Source of the DNA: Hyphochytrium catenoides
Taxonomy: Eukaryota > Protista > Hyphochytriomycota
Length of the DNA: 41,417 bases
Reading direction: 5' to 3'
NCBI GenBank assembly: GCA_900088475.1
Contig: FLMG01001680.1
Location: 1 to 41,417, forward strand
The notes beneath the pieces were generated by a model that was not told where the DNA came from, did not search any database, and saw only the letters and a list, made by a program, of their open reading frames with translations. A program made the translations under genes and the position numbers. Positions 1-10,836 of the stretch are shown one piece after another; the stretch's first letter is position 1; each line of letters begins with the position of its first letter.

Positions 1-152
1 GTTTGCCTTGATACAAGCCGAGAGGTCTCATCCCTGATAGGAAAGCGACAGAGGCCAAAGGATGTCACGCTTAATGGATAGACAGCTTGGATTCGAAAAT
101 TATGCCCACAACCTAAAGAACAGCATTGACCTATGTGTCTCTCTTCTTTCTT

Positions 153-186
<34 letters not shown>

Positions 187-641
187 CTCCCACTTGTCCG
201 AGGACTGCTTCTTCGCAGCTGACCATTGTTCCCTTCCTCATTCTCCCATCTAGTTAGCTAACTGTTTATTCATCGCCAGCCACTGCCGGGCGGCGCGCCT
301 TGACAGAAGCTGCGCTTACCTGTGACCTTTTTCTGTATTTCCACAGCCTTGCGGATGTGGTCCCTTTCTTCCTCTTCCGGCACGTACTGATAGTCTATCC
401 AGCGATAGCCATGACTCGCAATCTCCCAGCCAGCTTCGACCATCGCCTCTGCAGCCCGGGGGTTTCGTTCTAGAGCCATCGCTACAGCATACACTGAGGG
501 AGGAAGACGGAGGCGGAGAGAGGGTTATAAGTATGAGTCCGAGCCAATAGTACGTATGATGGAGACTAGGGATTATACCCGGAAAAGAAGAGTTGCATTA
601 GAAGTTTCTCTGACTTCTCCCTCTTTAGTCTTTCTTCTTCT

Positions 642-695
<54 letters not shown>

Positions 696-1058
696 TCTTT
701 CTCAGTCTTCCTGCGTCTCACCCTTACACTCTGTTGGCTCACCTGTGCAGGGTAGATTTCTCTCCGTGAACATCCGATGCAGTCTCCAAAAGCCAGCTCT
801 GCTGCCATACTCATATATACTTTCCATATTCATATGCCGCACCCCGGGATAAGGAGCTGCACCGACTATCTCGCTGAGAAGATGCTCTGAAGCTTTGTCT
901 CCATGCAGAATGCAATTCTCCCCTCCTTCCTCATAGTTAATGACGAACTGAACGGCAATGTAGGCGCCGCCGGGCCACTGAGGATGAGGAGGATTGGAAG
1001 CATACCCTACGAGGTCACGGGGATAAGCAGAAGAGGAGCCAGCCTTCTCTGATTGCAT
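1..1058 (-). CDS. puuE: PuuE-type allantoinase (polysaccharide deacetylase family), 5' part; continues beyond the window start
   Basis: Spliced exons 1058-743, 493-320 and 33-1 with GT/AG borders give MQSEKAGSSSAYPRDLVGY...WPGGAYIAVQFVINYEEGGE...ESIYEYGSRAGFWRLHRMF...VYAVAMALERNP...WEIASHGYRWIDYQ...GMRPLGLYQGK. These are hallmark PuuE motifs. Confidence 0.92.
153..189. repeat. (TC)n microsatellite in puuE intron 2
   Basis: Near-perfect TC dinucleotide run. Confidence 0.9.
646..688. repeat. (TC)n microsatellite in puuE intron 1
   Basis: About 21 perfect TC units. Confidence 0.95.
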
Positions 1059-1436
1059 AATTTGGCGCTCGTGCTCTCTCCCTGCAACCACTTTCCTGCT
1101 CCCGGCGGCACAGCAGCACGACACAAGAGATTCTCCACCCGTCTAAGCTCTAAGGCCTGTGGTTGGCAGCCCGAACTTTCTTCTCCTGTCCTCTTAACAC
1201 CGATGTAAGTTGACGAATGACAGACACGAGGGGGAGAGAGAGAGCGTCGGTCGCTCGGTGGTTTCTGAGGATTTCTAGGGCTTTCGGAAGCAGAAAGAGG
1301 GACGCAGCTGTTAGGGGGAGGAAGGGTTCGGGAAGGGGAAAGGCAACGGCCTGTCTTTCCTTGTCGCTTCCCATCTCACCGCTCAATGCTTCTGTCTCCT
1401 TATAGACTGTTGCTCTTTCTCGCTCATTAGCCTCTC

Positions 1437-1618
1437 CCTCTCTCTCTCTTTCTCTCTCTCGCTCTTTCTCTCTCTCTCTTTCTCTCTCTCACTCTTTCAT
1501 GTTTCTGTGCCCCTTCGTTTTCTTCTCTACTTCTATCTGTCTCGCCTCTGTCGCTCTCTGTCTCTCGTGCTCTCTCTGTCTCCCTCTCTGTCTCTCTCTG
1601 TCTCTCCCTCTGTCTCCC
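1437..1618. repeat. Compound, degenerate CT/TCTG low-complexity repeat
   Basis: Pyrimidine-rich TC/TCTG runs upstream of puuE. Confidence 0.85.
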
Positions 1619-2623
1619 TTGGTTATTTATTCCCCACATTGGGCTGCCACAAGCTTGTCAAGACTTGAAAATTTTCCCTTCCTCTCTCTTGGTCCAGTAC
1701 TCCCCTCGGTGTTTTCCCTGAGCTTTGCATTGGATCTTGAAGAAGCTCAAACTTGGCTTTGGAGCTTGCGACAATGCCTCTGGTGACAACTCTTCAGGAA
1801 GACACATCATAAGGCCAGAGGATCCTTCATCAAGGATTCTGAAGCTTTGAGACGCTATGAATGCTTATGATAATAGATGTAACAAGCAAAATCTAGCTCT
1901 GCGGCGATGTTGCGTACATATTAACTCTTAGGGAAAGACGGGGTCAAAAGAAAGAGATGAACGGGGCACAGAGACATAAGAGAGGGAGGAAGGGCTTTCA
2001 TGGCGGACTTCTATGACGTACAGAGGCTTGGTAGATGGAGATGGTCAGGAAAGGTACGAGGTACAAGAAGAGGGAAGGAGACCCTGAGATGAAGCTAAAG
2101 GTTAAGCCCCTGTCCTCTGCTAAAGTTTGGTCGTTTGGGTCTCTTTTTCTTCCTTTCTTAACACTACTCGCACATACAGCAGGCTATACCATCCCTAAGA
2201 TGTGTCTTCTACCATATGATATACTGCTCACACACATCTTCCCAGATAGCCAGGGTCACCTTGTAGATATAAAGACACTCGACCAACTTGAGGCTGCTCC
2301 TTGAGCCACGTGGTACCTCTACCGATTATTAAAGAAGGCCTCTCCACTAGGATCAATGAGGTCCTTGATCTTCTTCCTTCACAATACCTTACATTCTTCT
2401 CTCTCTGCACTAATCCAGATCTATATTCTCCTAAGTGTACAAGCTCTCCAATCCCAACTTCCTTCATGCAAGTCTAGCTGCGGTGTTTGCTAAGAAGTTT
2501 GGAAGTCGTAGAAGAGTGGGGTGGAACTTATCATACATAGAGTAAGGACAGAGTCAGTTGGAAGAGGTATCACGCTCAAGACCAAGGGGAACGTGGGAGA
2601 AGTGGGTCCGCCAGGTCCTGAAG

Positions 2624-5600
2624 CTATTTCCCTCCTTGCCGTGCGATTCTCTGTAGATTGTACTTGATCTTTGCCACGATCTCGGCTGAATTGAGAGACA
2701 GTTAGAGGAATCATGGCTAGGACTGTGGACCTCCAGTAAACGTCTCTAGAGTCTTTCCACTTCACCCTCCGTCCATCAGCCTTACCCCACCCTATATGGT
2801 CTACCGCTTTCCCCGCAGTCCCCTGTCTCCTCTCTTTCTCTCCTCAACACGCAGCCCAAGTACGTCGGGAGACACACATTCGCCTGATATCTCTAGCTGT
2901 GGCTGCATTATCTCCCTACCTCGTTCTGATGGCTTTTCTGCCTCATAATCCACAACGGACACATCCGTTGACTCCTTGAAGGTAATCCGAAAACAGCAGC
3001 CCGGTGGGGAGATGGAGTCCAATATTTTTATCTCTACAACGTCCGCAATAAGCCGTTCCGACTACAGAGAGGGGCAAGCATTTAGTTGGCACCGAAGGTA
3101 GCTCAAAAGAGAGAGAGAATAGAAGAAAGAAAGCTAAACAGGCAACGTAACAGGATTTTCTCAGGCCCAGAAAGATGAGGAGACCAGGAGGTAAAGAAGG
3201 ACTGGATGGAGACAGAGGGAAAGTGTTTCCAGATCGGAGCCGGAAAACATAGGATCCATGCCACTAGGAAGTGACAGGAAGGACCTACTCTCTTAACGCC
3301 AGCAATTCTTTTCATCGTTTTGTCGGTGATAGGCCTCTTGCTATAGATTCTGGTGGAGTCGACACCCATAATTCTGCTCTGTCTGATGCCGTATTTATTT
3401 GTCTTGATCACCGTCCACTCCTGGTACCTGAGATCGGCAAAGAAGGGTCAATCAGCACAAGCTCCAATAATCCAGTGACAAATGAAGTAGAGAGGACTTC
3501 CACATGCTGAGGACAGGTACTGAGGGTGGCAAGACGGCCGCCGTCAGTTGCACCTACTAAAACTGAAAAGGCGAAAGTTATAATCGATGTCGCCATCGCA
3601 CACCAAAGATAGACTAGGGCAAAACCTTGAGAAAGGCGCTCAGCCCTTTAGGGAATCAAGACGAAAGGCAAATAGCTGGACTGGGTAGCTAGAGCTAGTA
3701 CCTAGCTCCAGTAACATCATTGAACATAAACTGGTCCACGTCAAATGTTGCCTCAGCTGATGCGGCGTTAGCAGGTTCTGATGCCTGCTTATCTTTGTCT
3801 AACTGTGGGGTGTCCGCATACGTCTCTGCAAAAAAATAAATATGAGATAATGATTGTGGAACGAAGAAACAGCAAATTACGGCTGCAATAGGGAAACGCT
3901 TGATGGCGCCAAAATTCTATGCATAGGCTTGACACCTCCAAGTCTAAGGAGACAAGCAAGGAGGATACGAACAGACAAGGAGCTGGGGAGAAGCTGAATA
4001 AGATAGATATGAGTAAAGGGTCTTTCTAAAGGGAAGTATAACATTGCTGAGGAGGCTCTGGGTACACTTGTCGCTTCAAACTTCCTTACTTGCTGCTAAT
4101 CTTAGTTCTTCCACTCCCAGCTGCATGATGTTCGCATCTAACTCAAGCTCCGCGGATGATCTTTTTAGCCGTTCCTTTAGGCATGGAAAAGGGCAGCAGA
4201 GGATGAAGCGTAAGCAGCGCATACCCATGGAGCCAACTCTCTATCTCTCTTTTGCGCAGCGAATAGAAAGTGGAATAGGTGCCTCTAGAGAAAGAGTGAA
4301 TAGAAAAAGAGTAGGTGTACATCGTTAGGGAGGAACAGCAGATCCTACCTGGTCCTCTTCCGTGAGCCTAAAGACATACTCGTTTGTGTAGGTCCTGAAG
4401 TTCTGTTTCTTTGCCAGTATAGGAAAGAGGTCGTTGCAGGTCATATTTGCATTGACCGGAACCACTGTGTAGTTATCGTTTGGCCTACACAGAATAGGGA
4501 CGGTAAGAGACACGGCACTGCTCCTTCCTGATTGAGGACACCTTGTGAGCGGAATTAGGTTGAAAGTTGACTATGAGCAGGGTGAATAAGAAGCGCTTGG
4601 TAGTCTAGGTGGGATCTGAGATGAATAGGAGGAAAGCTGGAGAAAACTCCATGCCCACATACAGGATAATCTTCAACAAATAAGTCCCGCCGGCTTTATT
4701 GCTGTTCAGCGCGAGATTTCTTGATGAGCGGACTTGAGGCATTGTCTTTTTCTTCTCTTCACTGACTGGTCGCGCTGTACCATGTGCGGGGTTAGAACCT
4801 TGATAGAAGTTGCCAAGGAGAGAGAGTATGAAAGACAGATAATGGTGTGTGAGAGAGGGAGAAGGAAGTGATAGAGCAACAGAAAAGTGAGGGAAACACA
4901 AAACATGAGAGAAAGAGAAGATCGATATCCGCAAGACGGGAAGGCGTAAGGTCTTACCGGTTTCCTTAGGAGGACACATGTCTGGTCTCTCACAGAGGCA
5001 GTATGTATGCCCATCCGCATCTCCAAAGTTCTTGATCTTGCGTTGACGGTCGAGAGCTAAGGCATAGGTGTTATAGGTAAATCAAGGTAGAGCAGGGCAA
5101 CAGGAGATCCAAAACGACTGGAACGACAACGCAGAACAGAGAGGAAGCAGAAGTACCACTAAAAACAATTTGCAAACGGCAGCTGAGGCACGTTGGTCTG
5201 CAAGTAGAGCAAAGATACTACGATTGCATAGTAAAAGCACCTGGGAAGTCATCATCTGGGTAGCCATCTCCTTCGTGTAATCGCAGCTCATAGCACTCAG
5301 GATGGCCGTAGTACAGCACTGGCAGCTTCTTCTCTGCCTTGCGCACTCTAAGAATGGCCTCAATCGCCTCCTCAACCGTAACGATATCATAGACCTGGAA
5401 GACATTGAGGTGACGTTAGGGCATCATAAAGCTGACCGCAAAGACTACTAAGGGACGGCTATCCTTTTCGTCAAAGCAGATAAAGAAATGAAGGATGGGA
5501 CAGAAGCGCTGTGAAAAAAGAGACCACGTATCGCAGCGGGAAAGCTTCAGAATGTCAGATAGCTGCAAGGTGTCAGGAGCTAAGGCCAAGAGAAGAGTGA

Positions 5601-6421
5601 GCCTTACCTCCACACTCATCTTGCTTCTATCAGGAAGATAGATGGTAAGGTTGATCATGGGCATATCGGCATCATGAGCAGTGGGAGCCCCAGGAACCAC
5701 TCTTCCTTTCTTCAAGATTCTTGACAGCTCTCCGATCTGAGATTTTGCTTTTCTCTCTACAGTTTGCTCTTTAGTGAAGGTGAAGTCTGACGGCGTATCC
5801 TGCAAAGGTACGAGCGAGTGTATCAGAAGAAGAAGGCAGAAGGACTAAGGGAGACTCGGCAAAGATGTTTGGCAGTCTTTTTCATAGGGGTAAGGGAGGG
5901 ATAGAGAACAAAGGGTGACCACCTTTCAAAAAGAGTACATTGACAGAGCTGAGGGCTGGAGGAAGACTGCGCTCGGAGTTAGCACCTTACACTTCCCACG
6001 TCATGTCCCTTCCTCTGTAGCTAAAGGCTCTAGCCATACTTTCTGGCTCTATTATTCTACCTGACAGAAGCCCTTGGCCTCTCATCGGGTTGGGTACACT
6101 CACCTTCTTGGTCACTAGGGTCTTGTCAAAGACGACAATCTTGGTTCCTCCTTTGTTCCTCACAGTAGGTTGTGATTCCTGTTGCCGAGCTGCGCCATTC
6201 TCCATGCCATTCGGAAGCTTCTCCACGGGTGGCGGCAGGGGTGCAACAAGGGGGACTGGGTCTTCAACGTTGATGTTCGAGTCATCATCAGGGGGTGAGT
6301 TGTTATACATACGATCAATCTCGGAGTCATGCCGGTCATGGAAACGTGGGCTGCCTCCAGCGCCTCCTGACCGCATGAGGACGATAATGTTCGTCAGCTC
6401 ACTGAGCTCTGAGAACTGCAT
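2624..6421 (-). CDS. SIN1: SIN1/Avo1 (MAPKAP1)-like TORC2 subunit: CRIM, RBD-like and SIN1-type PH domains, ~11 exons
   Basis: Spliced translation gives a CRIM domain (INLTIYLP...TVEEAIEAIL...CYELRLHEGDGYPDDDFPALDRQRKIKNFG). A ubiquitin-like segment follows (YTVVPVNANMTCNDLFPILAKK), then a C-terminal PH domain (YQEWTVIKTNKYGIRQSRIMGVD...FRITF...VDYEAE...AEIVAKIKYNL), with TAG at 2624-2626. The first-intron borders are uncertain. Confidence 0.85.
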
Positions 6422-7250
6422 GATGGGCTGCGATGAGGCAAGTCTCTGTGTTTGCTACTCCTGGTTTCCTGTTAACCTAGTCCACTTCTCGAACTCTTCG
6501 CAACAACTAGCCAAGTGGCAGTCATACTGCATCTACAATCTAAGCTCTTCTCACAAGCTGTAGGCACCTCTCGTCTTTATCTGCTATATTTGAACCGAGT
6601 TGCAACTTGAATGCAACATAAAAAACTCCGCCGACGGTCCTAATAGTGCTCACTTGAATCCTTTGATAGCTCTCAGTCAACGCAATGATTGAGAGACGAT
6701 GGGGATGCGCTACGGCGGCGCGACTTGCATCAGAGGTGTCAGCTTGCCCCCTATCCCTCCGTCACCAAGCAGCGCATCATCTCTCTGTCTTTATTGAAGA
6801 CACGAACCAAGCTGCCGGGAGCTTCATTTTATCGGCATCGCCCGTTCCAGACGCCTTTCTCTCTCTTCCTCAATAGCATCAGAATAGCTCCGGGATTTGG
6901 AATCTTTCAGTACTATAATACACAATACGAGCCGATAGCATTAACGTTGTATGGAATAAGCTGTATGGTTGGGTCAGTTGATAACATCTTGGCAGAGCTT
7001 TGTCCTTCCCAATAGCAGCTGGAGCTTGAGTCAGTCTTTCAGTCTTCATCAGTCCATCAGCATCTTCTCCGCCAGCAGCTCTAAAAAGCAGGAAAAGAGA
7101 ATGGGAGTGCCCGAGTGTTTGATAGACGGCTCTTAGGGCTGGCTTCGGGCTATGAGGCGTTGTTAGTAGCTCTTCTCTTGTCTTTGACCACCCTTTGTTG
7201 ATAATAGTTGATACTCGTTCACGCTCTATGAGCTCCTAAGACTAGTCGGT

Positions 7251-7348
7251 GGGTGTACGTCAGTTTGGTAGGAGTAGGAGTCTGTGATGGAGCGTGGAAG
7301 GGTGTACGTCAGTTTGGTAGGAGTAGGAGTCTGTGATGGAGCGTGGAA
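7251..7348. repeat. Perfect 49-bp tandem duplication
   Basis: gggtgtacgtcagtttggtaggagtaggagtctgtgatggagcgtggaa occurs twice head-to-tail (7251-7299, 7300-7348). Confidence 0.95.
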
Positions 7349-7354
7349 GAGTTG

Positions 7355-8586
7355 TCAGGTCTCCGCTGCTGCGTGTTGGCAGTGTCCACAGGTGTTCCTA
7401 ATCGCCCAAGTAGATGGCTGTCTCGCCTCCAACAAATCGTTAATAGGCAGGTGCTCATGATCTAATCTCTTTGCCCCAGCTTGATGCGTGTAGGCATGTG
7501 CCTTGCACTTAACCGCCGATTCCAAAAGATCTCGTACCATTTGGTCCTCTCCTATCTGTTGGAGAAAGAGGAGAAAAGCTGTTGCCGTCATGATCCGCTC
7601 TCCGTCATCAGGCTTCTTCCTAAGTGGTGCAGCAGCATCCGTGGCTCTGCCAGCTGAGGAGATCTTCACTCTCTGCATTGCAGGATTAATTCTTCTGTTT
7701 AGAAGGCGGGCTTGAGGCCAAGTCCCGTCCAACACTATCACCCGAAGTCTTCTCCTGCTGCACTCTAGAGCCACTCCTTGACTCTCAGCATCAGGTTTCT
7801 CCACAGGTGCCTTCCGCTTGTCTCTGAGCTCCTCCTCCGTAAACTTTTTGATGAGCTCTGTGGCATTAACCGCTTCCGCAGCCGGAAAGAGTACGATACA
7901 CATAGGAGAGGATAGTGACTCTTCGCTCTGCGAAGCTTCGCCTCTCTCATCGCAACCGCTGTTCGCTGCTTCAATGCTATGGTGACCGGGCTTCTCTCCA
8001 AAGAGCATCTTCTCTAAGGGTAGATCTCCATATAAGACGATACTGGCTCCAAATAGAGCTCGCAATAGTATACCTGTATTGCTGCCTCTACCTAGTTCTT
8101 TGTGGTGCATGTAGACTATGATGTTCTCTATATAGCGAAAGTGAGAGGAGATAGGTGCGGCAAAAAAGCCCATTGTCGACGGCACTGAGGACGCCACAGA
8201 GGAGACAGGCCTTTCTCGCTCTCCGAGAAGGATAAGCCGTCGGGCTTCACCTAGCACTTCACATATGCAGTAACCACCAAGTAGCCAGCAGTTCTCGCAC
8301 CAGTGGCCGCGAGCTAAACGGTCCCTCCACTCTCGCAACTGCACCTGACACTGTTTATGAATGAATGTAGAGGCGCTTAGTTGGGCGAAAGATAGCAGAA
8401 ATATAAGTTGCACATTTCAAGTGCAAGACGCATGAAGCCCACCTGAAGTGCTAGACGCTGCTCTCCAACAGGCAGTAGTTCAATGCCTTCATGACAGCGC
8501 TTCCTTGGCCGCGGCTGTCTTCCTCTTGGCTTCTCGTCTACCAGCTGAACGGACTCTAGACTACTATTCAATACAGAGAGCTCCAT
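7355..8586 (-). CDS. DTW-domain tRNA-uridine aminocarboxypropyltransferase (DTWD2/TapT-like)
   Basis: Contains CxxC...CxC (CENCWLLGGYCIC), MHHKELGRGSNTG, VLFP and VIVLDGTWPQA (DxTW). Probable intron 8442-8351 joins ORF 8377-8586 to ORF 7355-8413. The true start may lie further upstream. Confidence 0.85.
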
Positions 8587-9468
8587 GTCAACTTAGCTAG
8601 GCCCTCATTGCCGAGGCCCCAGAGCGCGGAACGCACTGGAGGCTCACCAATGCAGATAGAGTAAGAAGAAAGATTGAAACGGTGAAGTGACATTGGAACC
8701 TTTTGACTCTTCTGGACGGAAGAGTAAGCATCAAAGAGTGGCTTGGGTTCTTCAAGAGTGATGGGAGGCGGCATCAAGAGTCAAGAGCTGGCAGCAGAAC
8801 GATTGTAGTTTCTCGTTAATCTCGGTAAGCGATACTTTCATCATATGTTAAGCCTGTTACAGTGATGTAGACTTCGGTTCCGTGATCTATTCTAGTTAAA
8901 GTTTGGGCGTGGCTCAAAGCAACGCATAGAGCTTATCATCCACATTGTTGAGCTCATGTAGAGATAATGTACCTGACCATCCGCTGCGCCTCGTCTCTCC
9001 TTGAGCATCATTGGGCATACTTAACAGCCGTTCTGGACTGTTCACTTCTGCTCATGTCCTTCAAAAGAAGTTGCTCAGGTTATTAGGAAGTGTACTTCGT
9101 ACTTTAAAGCTCAGCTATTCTTATTATCGCTCTTTGGGTTGTGGGAAGGGGGAAGTAGGAGGAGCAGGAAGTATCTGTGCATACTCATTTATTACCTCGT
9201 CCTGTTATGATGGAGTTGGTTGTGTGCTAGCGAGAAAGGAGAGATGGGCTGAGAAGGTAGAATAAGCAGTGGCAACTAACGCACACTGACACCTCTAGCA
9301 CACTATCATACAGAAAAAGACGGACAGTTCTGGCCACACTACACTGAGAAAGCGCCTCTAGTGGTGGGCTATGCCCATAAATTAGTCTGAGAGGGCCATG
9401 TCTCACCTCCGCTCTTACCAAGAGGAGACGACCCCAGAGTGTATCTTGCAAGTCACTCTGCCTGCCTG

Positions 9469-10836
9469 CTAATGCGCTTGGGCATTAGGTGGAGGGGTTC
9501 CCAGCGAGAGGCAGAACGCATCGAGATCATCAGGTACGGGCCAACCGAGCTGTGTTAAGGTTGAATACAAGTCCCAGACTTTATCAATCTGGGAGATCAG
9601 GCCATCACCATTAAAGTGGAAAGTGTAAACGGACATTGTCTTGAAGCGCTTCGGTGGATTTGTAGGTAGTAACGGACCGGCGGGCTTGTCATGAACACCC
9701 ATGAGAAAAGCTGTGACTGTTATCCTGTTCTCATGCTGGGCAACTGAATAGTTCTCGTAGTGTAGTTGGCTGAGGACGTGTCTGTGCAGATTGAACATTA
9801 CATCCACAAACTCCTTCACTGTCTTCAGAGGCCGGAAAGCGTCGCAAATGAAAGGAGCATCCGGGACGAACTCCTTTGCCATTTCCCGCCAAGAGACACA
9901 TGCACTCATCTGATCCATGAACATAATCGCTTTCTGGATGTTCTGCTGTGGTAAATCCACGAAAGGAGAAATAGGGGATGAAGGCACTGACGCGAGACGT
10001 TTGTTCTGCTCCTCGAGCTGTCGATTCTTCTCCTCGATCATCTTCACTTTTTCCAGATCTACCGCTCGTTTGGCAAGAAGCTCCTCATACTTCCTTTGCT
10101 CTTGTGTCAATCTATCCACAGCACTTTGTAGCTGCTCAAGGTACAAACGCTTTCGCATTCTGGACTTCCTTGCATGCTCTCGATTTCGCTGCCGAATTGC
10201 CTCTGCCTTGTTATTGCTGCCATCGTCTAGATCAAACATCTGTCCCAGGTCCAGTCCACCTCTAATCGCCGCAGAGTTTCTTAAGGTCAGGTTGACCTTG
10301 TGTTCCGCCGACTTTGACGAGCTGGAGATCTCGCCCACATCTTCCATCATAACGTTTCCACCCGAATTATTCGAGTCCGTTGGGGATACATATCCAGCTT
10401 CCCCTTCCACGCCGGCGCCAATCCCCGGCGCCAACAGAGTAAAATCTGGGAAGTTGAATCCTGCAAGCTGCTGGTTGATAATGACGGGGTCTGTTGGTGC
10501 CATTAGCAAGCTCTGCATAGGGTCCTGACTTGCGACGGCTGACATCTGTCCGAAGCTGTCCATAGAGTGAGACGCTGTCGCCGCCGCAAGATGTTGGTGC
10601 TGCTGCAAGCCAAGACCTTGTGATGATCCTAATAAAATATCAATGTTTTCCAGATAGGGTTGCGTGGCAGTTGCTGCATTGCTCTGTGAATTTGGAAAAA
10701 GAGCGCTCAACGCCGCTCCGCCCCTAGCTTGAGCGACACTTTCAGCCTTCATGTGCTGTCTACCATTCGGATGGTAGAGCCCAGCCATACGGTTTAGATC
10801 ATCCTGAGAGATCATCCCGACCTGTCCGGCATTCAT
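9469..10836 (-). CDS. bZIP transcription factor with a C-terminal SnoaL/ester-cyclase-like (NTF2-fold) domain; intronless CDS
   Basis: 455-aa ORF with a Q/S/M-rich N-terminus, basic region and zipper IRQRNREHARKSRMRKRLYLEQLQSAVDRL, and a C-terminal GVHDKPAGPLLPTNPPKRFKTMSVYTFHFNGDGLISQIDKVWDLYSTLTQLGW resembling SnoaL-type cyclases. Confidence 0.85.
   Translation of the reverse strand: MNAGQVGMISQDDLNRMAGLYHPNGRQHMKAESVAQARGGAALSALFPNSQSNAATATQPYLENIDILLGSSQGLGLQQHQHLAAATASHSMDSFGQMSAVASQDPMQSLLMAPTDPVIINQQLAGFNFPDFTLLAPGIGAGVEGEAGYVSPTDSNNSGGNVMMEDVGEISSSSKSAEHKVNLTLRNSAAIRGGLDLGQMFDLDDGSNNKAEAIRQRNREHARKSRMRKRLYLEQLQSAVDRLTQEQRKYEELLAKRAVDLEKVKMIEEKNRQLEEQNKRLASVPSSPISPFVDLPQQNIQKAIMFMDQMSACVSWREMAKEFVPDAPFICDAFRPLKTVKEFVDVMFNLHRHVLSQLHYENYSVAQHENRITVTAFLMGVHDKPAGPLLPTNPPKRFKTMSVYTFHFNGDGLISQIDKVWDLYSTLTQLGWPVPDDLDAFCLSLGTPPPNAQAH

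Noticed and set aside
62-1786. ORFs with SLSLSL / RERERE runs (62-253, 556-852, 566-814, 1427-1639, 1499-1786)
   Set aside because: They are translations of CT/AG microsatellites in introns or intergenic DNA.
7251-7348. CRISPR-like interpretation of the tandem repeats (also 37961-38091)
   Set aside because: Only two contiguous copies, no unique spacers, no cas genes, and a eukaryotic context.
9917-10528. 203-aa + strand ORF and other shadow ORFs (6090-6563, 23702-23953, 20159-20452)
   Set aside because: Antisense shadows of real genes, with no motifs.
9469-10836. Aureochrome
   Set aside because: There is no LOV motif (GRNCRFLQ); the C-terminal domain is different.
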